The position numbers and the translations under genes were made by a program. From the IMG/VR virus record IMGVR_UViG_3300036944_001324, positions 1 through 64,000 of that record: 64,000 nucleotides of DNA. One strand, written 5' to 3'. How positions within the stretch are numbered: position 1 is the stretch's first letter; each line of letters opens with the position of its first letter. Under the pieces are notes generated by a model. It did no database searches. It was not told where the DNA came from and saw only the letters and a list, made by a program, of their open reading frames with translations. Below, piece after piece: positions 25,715-34,985 of this stretch.

Positions 25715-26380
25715 ATGAAACAACCAACCAGCGTCTCTCTGGAAGCCATCACCGGTGGCGTCGAAAAAGAAGTCGTCATGTATGCCCGCATCGGCAATCG
25801 TGAAGGCCTCAACCAAGCTGCTTCGTCGATGAAGCAAATCCAGGCTCAACTGATGGGTCCTCGTTCTCGCATTCGTATTCGGTACGAGGAGAAGAACGGT
25901 GCAGCGCCTACCTGCGTGATGACCACCAAGAAACCCGTTGATCACAATGGCACCCAGGTCATGAAGGAGACGAACGCAGACGTCTCCAAAGAAGCGCTGG
26001 ACGTCTTCATGATCTCTTGCGATCAAGTGTTCCACAAAACACGCTACGAGTTTCCCATCGAGAAAGCCACGATCTTGACCAAGGATCTGCGCGCTGAGAT
26101 CGAAGTCACCGGCCTGAAGTTCGAAGTGGACGTGTTCACTGTCGATGGCAAGGAAAGCGAATGGTGCAAGATCGACGTTGAAGTGCAGGAACTGATTCCA
26201 CAACTGGAAGCCAAGGGCCTGAAACTCTCCGACGTGGAACTGAACCTGAACGTGAAACTCTCCGGCCTGCCGTTCCAGCCGGAAGCCTTCTTTGTGGACA
26301 CGGGTGAAAAGACTGGCCCCATGCGCGAGCTGGTCACCATGATCTACGAAAAGCAGTTCATCACCAAACTGGTCGATTAA
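25715..26380 (+). CDS. CYTH/triphosphate-tunnel-like enzyme (start revised to MKQPTSVSLEA)
   Basis: EKE, RIRIR, TTKK, KETN, KTRYEF, FEVDVF, KIDVEV pattern. Confidence 0.7.
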   Translation: MKQPTSVSLEAITGGVEKEVVMYARIGNREGLNQAASSMKQIQAQLMGPRSRIRIRYEEKNGAAPTCVMTTKKPVDHNGTQVMKETNADVSKEALDVFMISCDQVFHKTRYEFPIEKATILTKDLRAEIEVTGLKFEVDVFTVDGKESEWCKIDVEVQELIPQLEAKGLKLSDVELNLNVKLSGLPFQPEAFFVDTGEKTGPMRELVTMIYEKQFITKLVD

Positions 26381-26387
26381 CCACTGA

Positions 26388-26431
26388 GACAGCATAAGAG
26401 GCTCCCTTGCGGGAGCCTCTTTTTATGCCGT
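26388..26431. terminator. Conserved-flank palindrome between convergent genes
   Basis: GACAGCATAAGAGGCTCCC-TTGC-GGGAGCCTCTTTTTATGCCGT. Confidence 0.82.
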
Positions 26432-26435
26432 TTGT

Positions 26436-27350
26436 TTAGGCGATAGCGCGTTCGATAGCGGCAATCAAAGCCACTGCGTGACGGTTCGAAGCCGCCTGGG
26501 TCATGTGGATCGCGTCGGTACCGACGTCGGTAGAGAAGAAGTCCTCGTTCCATCCAGCGTGTTGCAGACCGTAGTCAGCAGCGATCTGCAGAGTGGCTGC
26601 ATTGTTAGCTGCTCGACCAGCGACAGCATTGTTGATGTTGAAGACACCGGTGAGGACAGGGATACGGTCTTCACGCAAAACGATGTCCACCAGCTTGCGC
26701 ATGTTCGTGTCGAAATTAGGAACATTGCGGAAAGCGTCGTTGAAGCCCGTTTGCAAAACGACGACTTTGTGAGCACGCGTGATCAGCTCGAAAGCGGGCT
26801 GTGGTCCGTTGGGCCAGTACTCGGTAGGAAGACCTGCGTCAGGGATCGCGTAACCACCGAGCAAGTCACGGGTAGTCAACCCACCAGCTGCATGATCGGT
26901 CACCGTCCAAGCAGTGCGGTTTTGTTTGATGTAGTCGATCGGTGACAGGACCACCAACACACCGCGCATCACGCTGTCACCGCAAAGGTCGACAGAGATA
27001 GGCTTTGTGGCGGTGCCTGCCCGCAGAACAGTCTCGACCGTGACACCGTCAGAACCAACGTACTGACACGCCAGGTTGCTACCGGCGTACCAGGAGCGCA
27101 GCAGGTAACCTGCAGGACGCTTGTTCTTGGTGTATTCAACAATGGTCGATTGAGGAGCCGCAATCAACTCTTGGATCTTCGAGATCACTTGGGTGTTGTT
27201 GCCCGTGATTTGGTCTTTGATCCAGGCCACGACATCATGGTCGCAATACGACAAAAAGTAAGTCTTGATGGCCGCCGTCGTTGCGTCATCTTTTTCCAGT
27301 TGCGAGAGCAGCAGTGCAATCGTTCGTTTTTCAGTGACAAGCATCACCAT
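26436..27350 (-). CDS. SGNH/GDSL hydrolase-domain protein
   Basis: Blocks CGDSV, AAGG, GFND, DAIH. Confidence 0.8.
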   Translation of the reverse strand: MVMLVTEKRTIALLLSQLEKDDATTAAIKTYFLSYCDHDVVAWIKDQITGNNTQVISKIQELIAAPQSTIVEYTKNKRPAGYLLRSWYAGSNLACQYVGSDGVTVETVLRAGTATKPISVDLCGDSVMRGVLVVLSPIDYIKQNRTAWTVTDHAAGGLTTRDLLGGYAIPDAGLPTEYWPNGPQPAFELITRAHKVVVLQTGFNDAFRNVPNFDTNMRKLVDIVLREDRIPVLTGVFNINNAVAGRAANNAATLQIAADYGLQHAGWNEDFFSTDVGTDAIHMTQAASNRHAVALIAAIERAIA

Positions 27351-27419
27351 GAGAGTGGTTCCTTATGTGTTTGGCAAGAGAAGTCTATTCATAGCGTTTG
27401 CCAGAAACCACTCACTATA

Positions 27420-27462
27420 GACGGCATAAAAGCCTCCCGTTTCCAGGAGGCTTTTTTATACC
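27420..27462. terminator. Conserved-flank palindrome
   Basis: GACGGCATAAAAGCCTCC-loop-GGAGGCTTTTTTATA. Confidence 0.78.
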
Positions 27463-27472
27463 CCTACAGGGA

Positions 27473-27841
27473 TTAGACCCCGCCAGTGCACGCGACGCTG
27501 TTGGCCGTGCGTGTCATGTCCAGGAAACCACCGGAGCCGATCTTGTAGCGAACAACCAAGTCGACGCCCTTGCAGTACAGAGCCACCATCAGCGCTTTAG
27601 GACCCACCGAAGGAAGAGCAATGCCGGAGATGGACATGGGAGCGTCCAAAGCGATGGTGAGCGACTGCAGCACCGTTTCATCGACTTCGTCGTAAGCGTT
27701 TTCCAGCATTGCGCGCAACTCGGCAGCAGTGATGCCTTCTTCGAAGGCAGTGCCAACCGCAGTAGCGAACGCTGAGTCGGTTTCAAAACGCTCGATCAAA
27801 GCGTCGATGGTAGGGAAAGAGAACATCTGTTGACCTGACAT
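27473..27841 (-). CDS. Hypothetical protein (start revised to MSGQQM, GGAG RBS)
   Basis: ORF with RBS; in the operon downstream of the large structural gene. Confidence 0.6.
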   Translation of the reverse strand: MSGQQMFSFPTIDALIERFETDSAFATAVGTAFEEGITAAELRAMLENAYDEVDETVLQSLTIALDAPMSISGIALPSVGPKALMVALYCKGVDLVVRYKIGSGGFLDMTRTANSVACTGGV

Positions 27842-27916
27842 TCGGATTTTACTCCAAAAATAAATGAATAGGCAGTACGCACGTGTTGGACCGAAATCCA
27901 ACACGTGTTACCGGGT

Positions 27917-30868
27917 TCAGCTTTGAGCGTGGCGCAAGAAGTCCACAGTGATGTCCTCGCGCACGATGAGCTGACCGTTGGGCAGCGCGGCGAGTTTCTT
28001 ACGGATAGAGCAGCGTTCGCTGTCCTCCAACATGGTGATAGCTTCGAGGTTTCGAAGTCCACCAAGTCCAGACAAACTCACACTGATTACGTCACTGCCG
28101 TAGCGTTGACGCAATTCAGACGTAATGGCTGACATGGATACCGTCGAATTCTTGAAGTGTTTGTCAATCACTTCAATGGTTGTTGTAGTGAGAGCGTCAC
28201 GAAGGTCCGCGTTTTCAAACGTGGCATCTCCCACGTACAGACGCGCCGTCAATGCCTGTCCAGCCTGAACTTGGGCGATGTTACCGCCTTCGATCAGCGC
28301 ACGGATAGAACCCATGCTCACCTTCGGATGGAAATAGACCTTGGTCTGATCCAGGAGATCGCCATTCATCCGAGGAAGGTCACGTGTCACCCAACCAACC
28401 ACAGTTGCAACCATTTCGTTGCGATACAGGCTTGTCGAGTAGTCGTCTGCAAAGTAGTAAACCCCGTCGATGAAGAACATGTCAATCTGACGCGACAGGT
28501 AAGAGTGACCGATAGGTGTCGGAACGCCATTGGTCAAGATCACATCACCCCGGCGATGCAAGATGCGTGGCTGACCATTGCTGTCAAGTTTGACGTCACC
28601 TTGTTTACCGATCAGGTTGTACGAGATCGTTCCGTTGGCTTCGACCGTGAACGTAGCGCCCGTTACAGGGTCACGTTCGTACACGTCTGTTTCGTAGGTG
28701 TCGAAGATGTCCGTTGCATAGGTCTGGTGAGCTGCCGAGGACGGGATGGACCGCGACGAGGACCAAAGATTTTTCAGAGCCTTACCAAAAACGACAGAAA
28801 TGCGTTCTTGTGTCACACCAGCAATACGGTTCGGAAGCAAGAACCGTCCGAGCAAGGTATCCATGGAGTGGTTGGTCCAACCCATCGGCATCACTGAAGA
28901 GGCCGAATAGATCATGTCAAAGGACTGCGCAAGACCCACAGGGATGATACGCTCATCCAAGTTCAGAATCTTGAAACCAGTCAGTTGGAGATTGTCGTTG
29001 CTGTCAACGTCGAAACGCGTCTGAATGAAGAATTCAAAAATCATTTCGTTTTGGGCAGTCCGACCTACAAGCGTACCGTTAAGGTAACAGCGTACGCTTT
29101 CACCAACAGGTTGGTAGCTCAGTTGTAGATGGACCTGACTGTCATCGAGTTCGCGCCACGGGGCATTGCTCTGCGTCTTCACAACGATGCGGTATCCGCC
29201 GTCGATTCGTGTGATACCCATCTCAGCAGTGCTGACCTGCAGACCCGTGGTGTCGTTCTGGTCCACGAACATGGATGTCTCAGAAGTGGGACTGTCCAAG
29301 TAGTAAGGCCGCAGCGAGAACTCGTTGTTGGTAGCGTCCAGCACGTAGTGAAACGGCGTGTACAGGAAGTTGCGCGAAGAAACACTCAGCGAGCGACGCT
29401 CTGGCTCCAGCGCCATGATGTCGGCTTGCGCAGCCTCAGAGACGATCTTGACAATACCGTTAACGTTCTCGTAGAGGATCTCGGGAACGAGCGTCAAGCG
29501 ATCGCCGTTACCCAGCGTCTTGGAATGCTGCAGCGCTTCCTGGAACGAAACAATCAGCGATTCGATAGAAGCAGACCCAGCAGTCACCAACTTCTCATCG
29601 AATGGTTTCGGCATAGCCCGGGTAGCCAGGTACTCGCGTTCCGTCAAAGTATCAACGTACTTGACAACCTCGAAACCTTCACGGGTCAAAGACGCTTGGA
29701 TTTGTGGTCCGGTGATAGGGATCTGTCGCTGACCGACCGAGTTCATGATGACGCGTTCACGCAATTCTTCAAAACCCAAAGCTGCAGCACCACCGGAGAC
29801 GATCGTGTTGGTAAACACGTAGACAGACCGCATGGCTTGCCACGCGGCTACGTAGTTGGTCTTTTCCGACAGATCGATCGTGTTCCACTTCGCATCGAAA
29901 GCACTGGGCTTGAAGTTCGTGGTGTTGATACGAACCTCACCTTTGGTGGTGTAGATGTCGACCCGCAGAGAACCGGAGATGCTGCCTTGTGTCAGATACA
30001 CTTGAGGCACATGAACGCCAAGCGTTCCATCACCCACCTTCAGAACCGCGGTGCGCGTGTTCGGATCGTAGATCTGTTCCGTATGGGTTGTCTTGATTTC
30101 ACGCCACAGACCCAGCGTTGCATTGTTCTTGTAGAACACCCGAGCATAACAGAACTCGTCACTGAAGCCAAGTTGTTTGTTGTACCCGGTAGCCTGGTTG
30201 ATGTCAGAGTTGATCGAGGACACCCGCGTCTGGAGCATTTCCACGTCGATGCCAACCCAAGCACTTTTATCGCTCGACTGGACGAATGTCTTCCAGTTGG
30301 GTTCGTTGGTTCTGAAGACCTGCAAAGGGGTCACGTTGTCGAGGTCGTAAACGACGCTCAAGGCACCGTGCTGCATTTCCTTGATCTCAATCGGATACAT
30401 CAAGGTAAAGATCGTGTCAGCGACTTCAACGGTACTGTAGCGCGGAATCACCACCTTGCGAATGTTCGTGGCGGGGTCCAAGATCATCCGAGACAACAGC
30501 TCTTCTTTGTTGATCATGAACCGGAACGATGCGTTCGCAGGGATTGCGAAACGATCGATGTAGTCCTTGTCACTCATGTGCAGGTACAAGTCATCGATCG
30601 TCTGGGCTGCAGCGGGATACAGACGACGTGTCGTCGTTTCGTTGTCGATCACGAAAGCCGCGGTGTTCACAGCCGAAGCTTCCATGAGGTTAACAAACGG
30701 GTTGGTGGCATCTACCAATTCAATACCACCGCCCAGAACGTCTTGGACTTGCTCGATCATCAACCGCTGGATGGCAGTCGGGTTAAAACGCACACGGTCC
30801 ACGTTTTTCAAAAAGCGCGATACAGGTGTATCGACAGCGTCACGTGCGGTGCTGTACAGTTCAGTCAT
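27917..30868 (-). CDS. Large virion structural protein, baseplate-wedge-like (phiKZ gp87-like by synteny; start MTELYST)
   Basis: About 983 aa; NPFV.LME, LY.HMSDKDY, FEELRERVI...IPIT, YLATR. Confidence 0.65.
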   Translation of the reverse strand: MTELYSTARDAVDTPVSRFLKNVDRVRFNPTAIQRLMIEQVQDVLGGGIELVDATNPFVNLMEASAVNTAAFVIDNETTTRRLYPAAAQTIDDLYLHMSDKDYIDRFAIPANASFRFMINKEELLSRMILDPATNIRKVVIPRYSTVEVADTIFTLMYPIEIKEMQHGALSVVYDLDNVTPLQVFRTNEPNWKTFVQSSDKSAWVGIDVEMLQTRVSSINSDINQATGYNKQLGFSDEFCYARVFYKNNATLGLWREIKTTHTEQIYDPNTRTAVLKVGDGTLGVHVPQVYLTQGSISGSLRVDIYTTKGEVRINTTNFKPSAFDAKWNTIDLSEKTNYVAAWQAMRSVYVFTNTIVSGGAAALGFEELRERVIMNSVGQRQIPITGPQIQASLTREGFEVVKYVDTLTEREYLATRAMPKPFDEKLVTAGSASIESLIVSFQEALQHSKTLGNGDRLTLVPEILYENVNGIVKIVSEAAQADIMALEPERRSLSVSSRNFLYTPFHYVLDATNNEFSLRPYYLDSPTSETSMFVDQNDTTGLQVSTAEMGITRIDGGYRIVVKTQSNAPWRELDDSQVHLQLSYQPVGESVRCYLNGTLVGRTAQNEMIFEFFIQTRFDVDSNDNLQLTGFKILNLDERIIPVGLAQSFDMIYSASSVMPMGWTNHSMDTLLGRFLLPNRIAGVTQERISVVFGKALKNLWSSSRSIPSSAAHQTYATDIFDTYETDVYERDPVTGATFTVEANGTISYNLIGKQGDVKLDSNGQPRILHRRGDVILTNGVPTPIGHSYLSRQIDMFFIDGVYYFADDYSTSLYRNEMVATVVGWVTRDLPRMNGDLLDQTKVYFHPKVSMGSIRALIEGGNIAQVQAGQALTARLYVGDATFENADLRDALTTTTIEVIDKHFKNSTVSMSAITSELRQRYGSDVISVSLSGLGGLRNLEAITMLEDSERCSIRKKLAALPNGQLIVREDITVDFLRHAQS

Positions 30869-30907
30869 GTCTAAAACCAGTTGAATAAAATGAAAACCCA
30901 ATGAGTA

Positions 30908-32050
30908 TCAGGCTTCCAGGGGTGCCCCCATAGCCCAACTATCCAATACTTCTCGGGCACGATCGCTATCGTTAATGATAGACGCGTAGTACTCTTTTGT
31001 GACCCACCATTCAAGCTCGCGGGTCTGAGGGTCAATGCGTGGGTAGGCACGGCAGTTAAACACTGCCATTTCTTCACGGGATATCTTGGCCATCGATTGC
31101 TCTCGAGTCACCTCGGTACGCATAGACGGATGGAAAGCACCCACCACACGGTTAAAGGACCACACCAAAATTTCATCATCCACGATCGAGCCATTGGCTT
31201 GAAACTGGATCTGAACTTTAGCGCTAGCATCGTTGTAGGGCTTCTCGATGTTGTAGTCAAACTGCGCGCCCCGTGGCACACTCAGCGGGAAAGCAGCACC
31301 ACACGCCCAGATACCAACCACGGTCGTACGGCTCGGGTCAAGGATCAACCGATAGACCCGCGTCTGGTAATCGATCAGGTTGGCGATCATCATGTCGGTG
31401 TACGGAACAAGCAGTCCTTCGAACACATGACCCATGTAATGGACCCAGTAATCGAACAGCTTTGTGATAGGGTCCCCCCTGCTATTGCGAAAAGTGGCGG
31501 TGATATTGTATGCGGAATAATTTATCGCAGTACCATCAACCATCGTGTGTTGTTCGCGGTACTGGCCCTGCGGGGAATCATAAATCGGGATGAGCGTATC
31601 TGGAACGCCAGAGAAGCTTTCGATGTGATTGCTGAGCAGCGGTATGAACGCGTTCAAGGGATCGATCAGCGGGCAATTGAGCCCCATCGATGTACCGGTG
31701 ACATCAGTGGATTCCTGACCGAACACTTGAAGACGAGGGTCCAGCATACAGCGCACTGCGCGGTGTACACTCTTTTCTTCCGTGGTCAGCAGCGGGTAAT
31801 ACCGCCGCACGTTCTTCAGATTAGCGCTTTGCAGGTTCAGCAAAGGGCGTGTAAAAAAGACCATCCCGTAATGGTCTTTGTTCATCGGCACAGGCAGAGG
31901 AGTCTGCATGTGGTTAATACCGAAGAAGCTATTGGTAACCGGATTACCAAAGCTGCTCGGAATTTCTTCACCTCGTCCTGCATTCATGGACGGAGCGGAA
32001 GCAAACCCTAGACGACGAAGGTCTTCGATTGAAATATTATCAGAGGCCAT
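30908..32050 (-). CDS. Virion structural protein (phiKZ gp88-like by synteny)
   Basis: HYGMVFFTRP.LNL, FIPLLSN, SG.PD, IDYQTRVYRLILD. Confidence 0.65.
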   Translation of the reverse strand: MASDNISIEDLRRLGFASAPSMNAGRGEEIPSSFGNPVTNSFFGINHMQTPLPVPMNKDHYGMVFFTRPLLNLQSANLKNVRRYYPLLTTEEKSVHRAVRCMLDPRLQVFGQESTDVTGTSMGLNCPLIDPLNAFIPLLSNHIESFSGVPDTLIPIYDSPQGQYREQHTMVDGTAINYSAYNITATFRNSRGDPITKLFDYWVHYMGHVFEGLLVPYTDMMIANLIDYQTRVYRLILDPSRTTVVGIWACGAAFPLSVPRGAQFDYNIEKPYNDASAKVQIQFQANGSIVDDEILVWSFNRVVGAFHPSMRTEVTREQSMAKISREEMAVFNCRAYPRIDPQTRELEWWVTKEYYASIINDSDRAREVLDSWAMGAPLEA

Positions 32051-32146
32051 AAAACGTTTTCTTCCCAATCAAATGGAACTTTTCAGTACTGCCAAAAAGC
32101 AGCAAACTCGATTGACACCCAACCAGATTGACTTGACCCACAGATA

Positions 32147-32198
32147 GACTGCATAAGAGCAAAGCTGCGTCACAAGTACGCGCTTTGCTCTTGACAGT
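32147..32198. promoter_or_regulatory. Conserved-flank palindrome between divergent genes
   Basis: GACTGCATAAGAGCAAAGC-loop-GCTTTGCTCTT. Confidence 0.5.
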
Positions 32199-32272
32199 TT
32201 ACCTGTGAGGATAGCGTAGACTTTTTTGATTTCCCACATCCCTACTTTTTCATAGCAACGAGGATTCTTTTA

Positions 32273-33397
32273 ATGAGCTTACAAGCTGGTGCCATGGCCG
32301 CAGGAGCAGTGCTTGCTACCTTCGCCGATGTCGGCGGAGAAATTGGCAAGTACAACTCCATCATGAACAACTCTCGCTCCCTCATCGGGGTGAGTCAAGC
32401 AGCGCGCGTTGAGCCGCTCACCTTGGTGGACAACACCTTGGTCCATCTGGATTATTTGCCGGATGTACTCCAAACTCTCCAAAGCCAGTTCACAGGATTC
32501 TGGCTCCAGGCACTGGCGATGCTCACCGACCTCAACGGTGTGAATGTTGCCAAGATTCTCGACCCCATCAATCCTTCCCGTGATCCCGACTACGTCGAGT
32601 TCACCAAGAGCCTGCGTCGCCAAGCCGGCATGGAAGCCATCTCTCACATGAGCATGGAAGCCTACAAGTGGGCACTGCCTACCGCTGGTCAGCGATTCCT
32701 GGCAAAGGAAGCAGACGCTGGTAAAGGCGCGGTTGCTGATGCCATCAAGGAAGTCAAAGACTCTGCCAACCTGGCCGTCGGCAAGCTGATCAACGTCAAG
32801 GTGAAGAACCAGGGCGAAGAAGCCAACATTCCCGTGGCTATCCGTCTGATGGTTGTCGAGATGGACCCTTCGTCTCTCACCGCCCTCGTGGGTGACAAGA
32901 GCCAAAACCAAAGCTTCGGCCAACGCGTGTTCGAGTGGCGTGCCGGTCGTCTGGGCTTCATCTCCGATCTGATCTTGTGCAACGACCTGATCAAGGAAAA
33001 GAAGCGCATGCTGGCCAAAGACAAGGAAGGTGTGTACTCCGAAGTACGTCGCCGCCAGTCCCAGCACAAGAAGGCAGGCATGCTCAGCGGCCAAGCGTCC
33101 GCAGCAGAAGCTTCCAACCTGTACGTGATCTCCAAGGCATCGGCTGAAAACCTGGCCATGCAGTTCGGCTACGACATCGACAACTTCTCGCACCGTGAGA
33201 AGATCTTCGAGAACACCGCAGCCATGATCATCGCTGTGATCGATCCCAACTACGAGCGTGTGGTGTTCTACCACAACGGCCTGCGTCAATCGACCAGTCT
33301 GGGTATCCGTGACATCAAGGTTGCGAACAAAGGTTCCGGCCCGAACATCATGGACATCTTCCAAGCTTACAAAGAAGGAGCTGCACCGCGCTTCTAA
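32273..33397 (+). CDS. Inner-body/head protein (phiKZ gp89-like by synteny)
   Basis: ARVEPLTLVD, NLAVGKLINV, GME/SME/AKE processing motifs; strong codon bias. Confidence 0.65.
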   Translation: MSLQAGAMAAGAVLATFADVGGEIGKYNSIMNNSRSLIGVSQAARVEPLTLVDNTLVHLDYLPDVLQTLQSQFTGFWLQALAMLTDLNGVNVAKILDPINPSRDPDYVEFTKSLRRQAGMEAISHMSMEAYKWALPTAGQRFLAKEADAGKGAVADAIKEVKDSANLAVGKLINVKVKNQGEEANIPVAIRLMVVEMDPSSLTALVGDKSQNQSFGQRVFEWRAGRLGFISDLILCNDLIKEKKRMLAKDKEGVYSEVRRRQSQHKKAGMLSGQASAAEASNLYVISKASAENLAMQFGYDIDNFSHREKIFENTAAMIIAVIDPNYERVVFYHNGLRQSTSLGIRDIKVANKGSGPNIMDIFQAYKEGAAPRF

Positions 33398-33478
33398 GAA
33401 CAGGGAGGGTTTCAGTACCCTCCCTCTTACACGACGCCAATGCACTGATTTCCCATCTACCCTTTCTTTGAAACATCC

Positions 33479-34363
33479 ATGAATTTCTCCAACTACTTCA
33501 AGCAGCTCCTGCCGTACTTCGGTCGGGACCGTGCCGTCGAAGACGCTCGCGTGGTTCGCAATGAACTGCTCAGCGTTGCCATCCCGTCCTACGAACTGGC
33601 GATGGAAGCATTCAAGACCAACGTCACCTCCAAACGTGGCCAGGGCTTTGCCAAGCAATACCGCCTGATGGTCGGCAGCCACAAGAACTCGTTCGTCTTT
33701 GACATCCTGGAACGCCTGAAAAAGCTGCCCAAGGTTCTGGACGCCATCGACGCCGAGTTGGCCAAGACGTTCGACAACAAGGTCGTCACCATCGCTCTGG
33801 ACGTGCGCAAGGCCAACGTGCTGCGCGCTCTCGAGTGCGTCGGCTTTGTGAGCAAGTTCTCGATCAGTCTGCTCAACGTGATCTACGTTGACGAGACCTC
33901 TGACATGGGTAAGACCCAACCGCATTCGAGCGACGTCCAACAAGGCGAGTACGCCCGCATCGAACGCTTCTTCATCGACTTTTGCTCTTTGCTCAAGAGC
34001 CTGACCGATGTGAAGGACCCTGCCAAGTCGTTTGCTGACATCCCTGATGTTCAAGCTGACGGCGTGGAACAACTGCGCGACGTCTTTGACGACAGCCGCA
34101 TTGATCCCATGCAACTCTTTACCCGGACCAACTTCCGCGGTAACCCCATCTACTTCGTTCGCTCCGTGATGGTCGACTGGCAGATGGATCGCTTCAAGCA
34201 CACCCAAGAGCAAAAGAAGCTGTTGGAGCTGCGTCTGCTGCACCTGCAACGCCGCAAGCAAAACAACCCCGACGCCGGCATCGAGCGCGACATCGAAATC
34301 ACGTCTTCGCGCGTGGCTTCGCTCGCTGAGACGCTGCGCAAGTACGAGGAGAGTTTCGCATGA
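33479..34363 (+). CDS. Inner-body/head protein (phiKZ gp90-like by synteny)
   Basis: GNPIYFVR..W...R..LELRLL.L...NPD..IE..I pattern; follows the gp89-like gene. Confidence 0.6.
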   Translation: MNFSNYFKQLLPYFGRDRAVEDARVVRNELLSVAIPSYELAMEAFKTNVTSKRGQGFAKQYRLMVGSHKNSFVFDILERLKKLPKVLDAIDAELAKTFDNKVVTIALDVRKANVLRALECVGFVSKFSISLLNVIYVDETSDMGKTQPHSSDVQQGEYARIERFFIDFCSLLKSLTDVKDPAKSFADIPDVQADGVEQLRDVFDDSRIDPMQLFTRTNFRGNPIYFVRSVMVDWQMDRFKHTQEQKKLLELRLLHLQRRKQNNPDAGIERDIEITSSRVASLAETLRKYEESFA

Positions 34364-34950
34364 AAGTGGTCGTCGCTTACCCCAATGGCTTCGTGGGCTA
34401 CTCGGTAGGCTGGCCTATTCGTCAGTACTCCGCTGACATGGAAGAGAAACTCGCAGCGATGCGTTTTTCCAAAGTGACCGCTCCCAAAGAAAAGAGCGTG
34501 ATCTCCAACCCCATCGTCGAGAACCTGTTCTCGCAGTGGCGTTCCATGTCCCGGCGTGGTACGGACGTCGACTTCGTGTCGGACGTGATTGCTGCGGCAG
34601 CTCAAGCATTTGGCACCACCGATATCTACGAGTGGTGTTTCATGCAGACCAAGAGCCCGTACTTCACGGCCGACCATCGTCAGTTCTTGAACGATACGTT
34701 CGAGTTCATTGAGACGGGTCGTCGCAAGTTCAGCCACGCCACTTGGAACAAGGTGTTGCGCGTTCGCATGGTCAATCCTCAGGATGCCCTGCAGCCGTAC
34801 AACTACCAGGAATTCTTCCGCATCAGCGCTCCGCTGCAATACAAGCCATCTTCGCACATCTACACGTTGATTGAGCGCTGGCTTGCTCAACCGGGTGGGT
34901 TTGATGACATGCTCCAAACCCTGCACATCCTCTTTGGTGAGCACGAGTAA
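34360..34950 (+). CDS. Conserved jumbo-phage protein in the head operon
   Basis: ATGA overlap; FGTTDIYEW..Q..SPYFT.DH..FLND. Confidence 0.6.
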   Translation: MKVVVAYPNGFVGYSVGWPIRQYSADMEEKLAAMRFSKVTAPKEKSVISNPIVENLFSQWRSMSRRGTDVDFVSDVIAAAAQAFGTTDIYEWCFMQTKSPYFTADHRQFLNDTFEFIETGRRKFSHATWNKVLRVRMVNPQDALQPYNYQEFFRISAPLQYKPSSHIYTLIERWLAQPGGFDDMLQTLHILFGEHE

Positions 34951-34985
34951 TTCGTCACGCCTTCATTCAGAAAACGGAAATTCTC

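Noticed and set aside
29129-30874. 581-aa plus-strand ORF (also 28157..28897, 31097..32011, 16485..17555)
   Set aside because: These are antisense to well-supported minus-strand structural genes; stop-poor reverse frames are expected from the codon bias.
32279-34261. 660-aa minus-strand ORF
   Set aside because: It is the antisense shadow of the strongly codon-biased head genes (32273..34363). It has no RBS or recognisable motif and an atypical composition.
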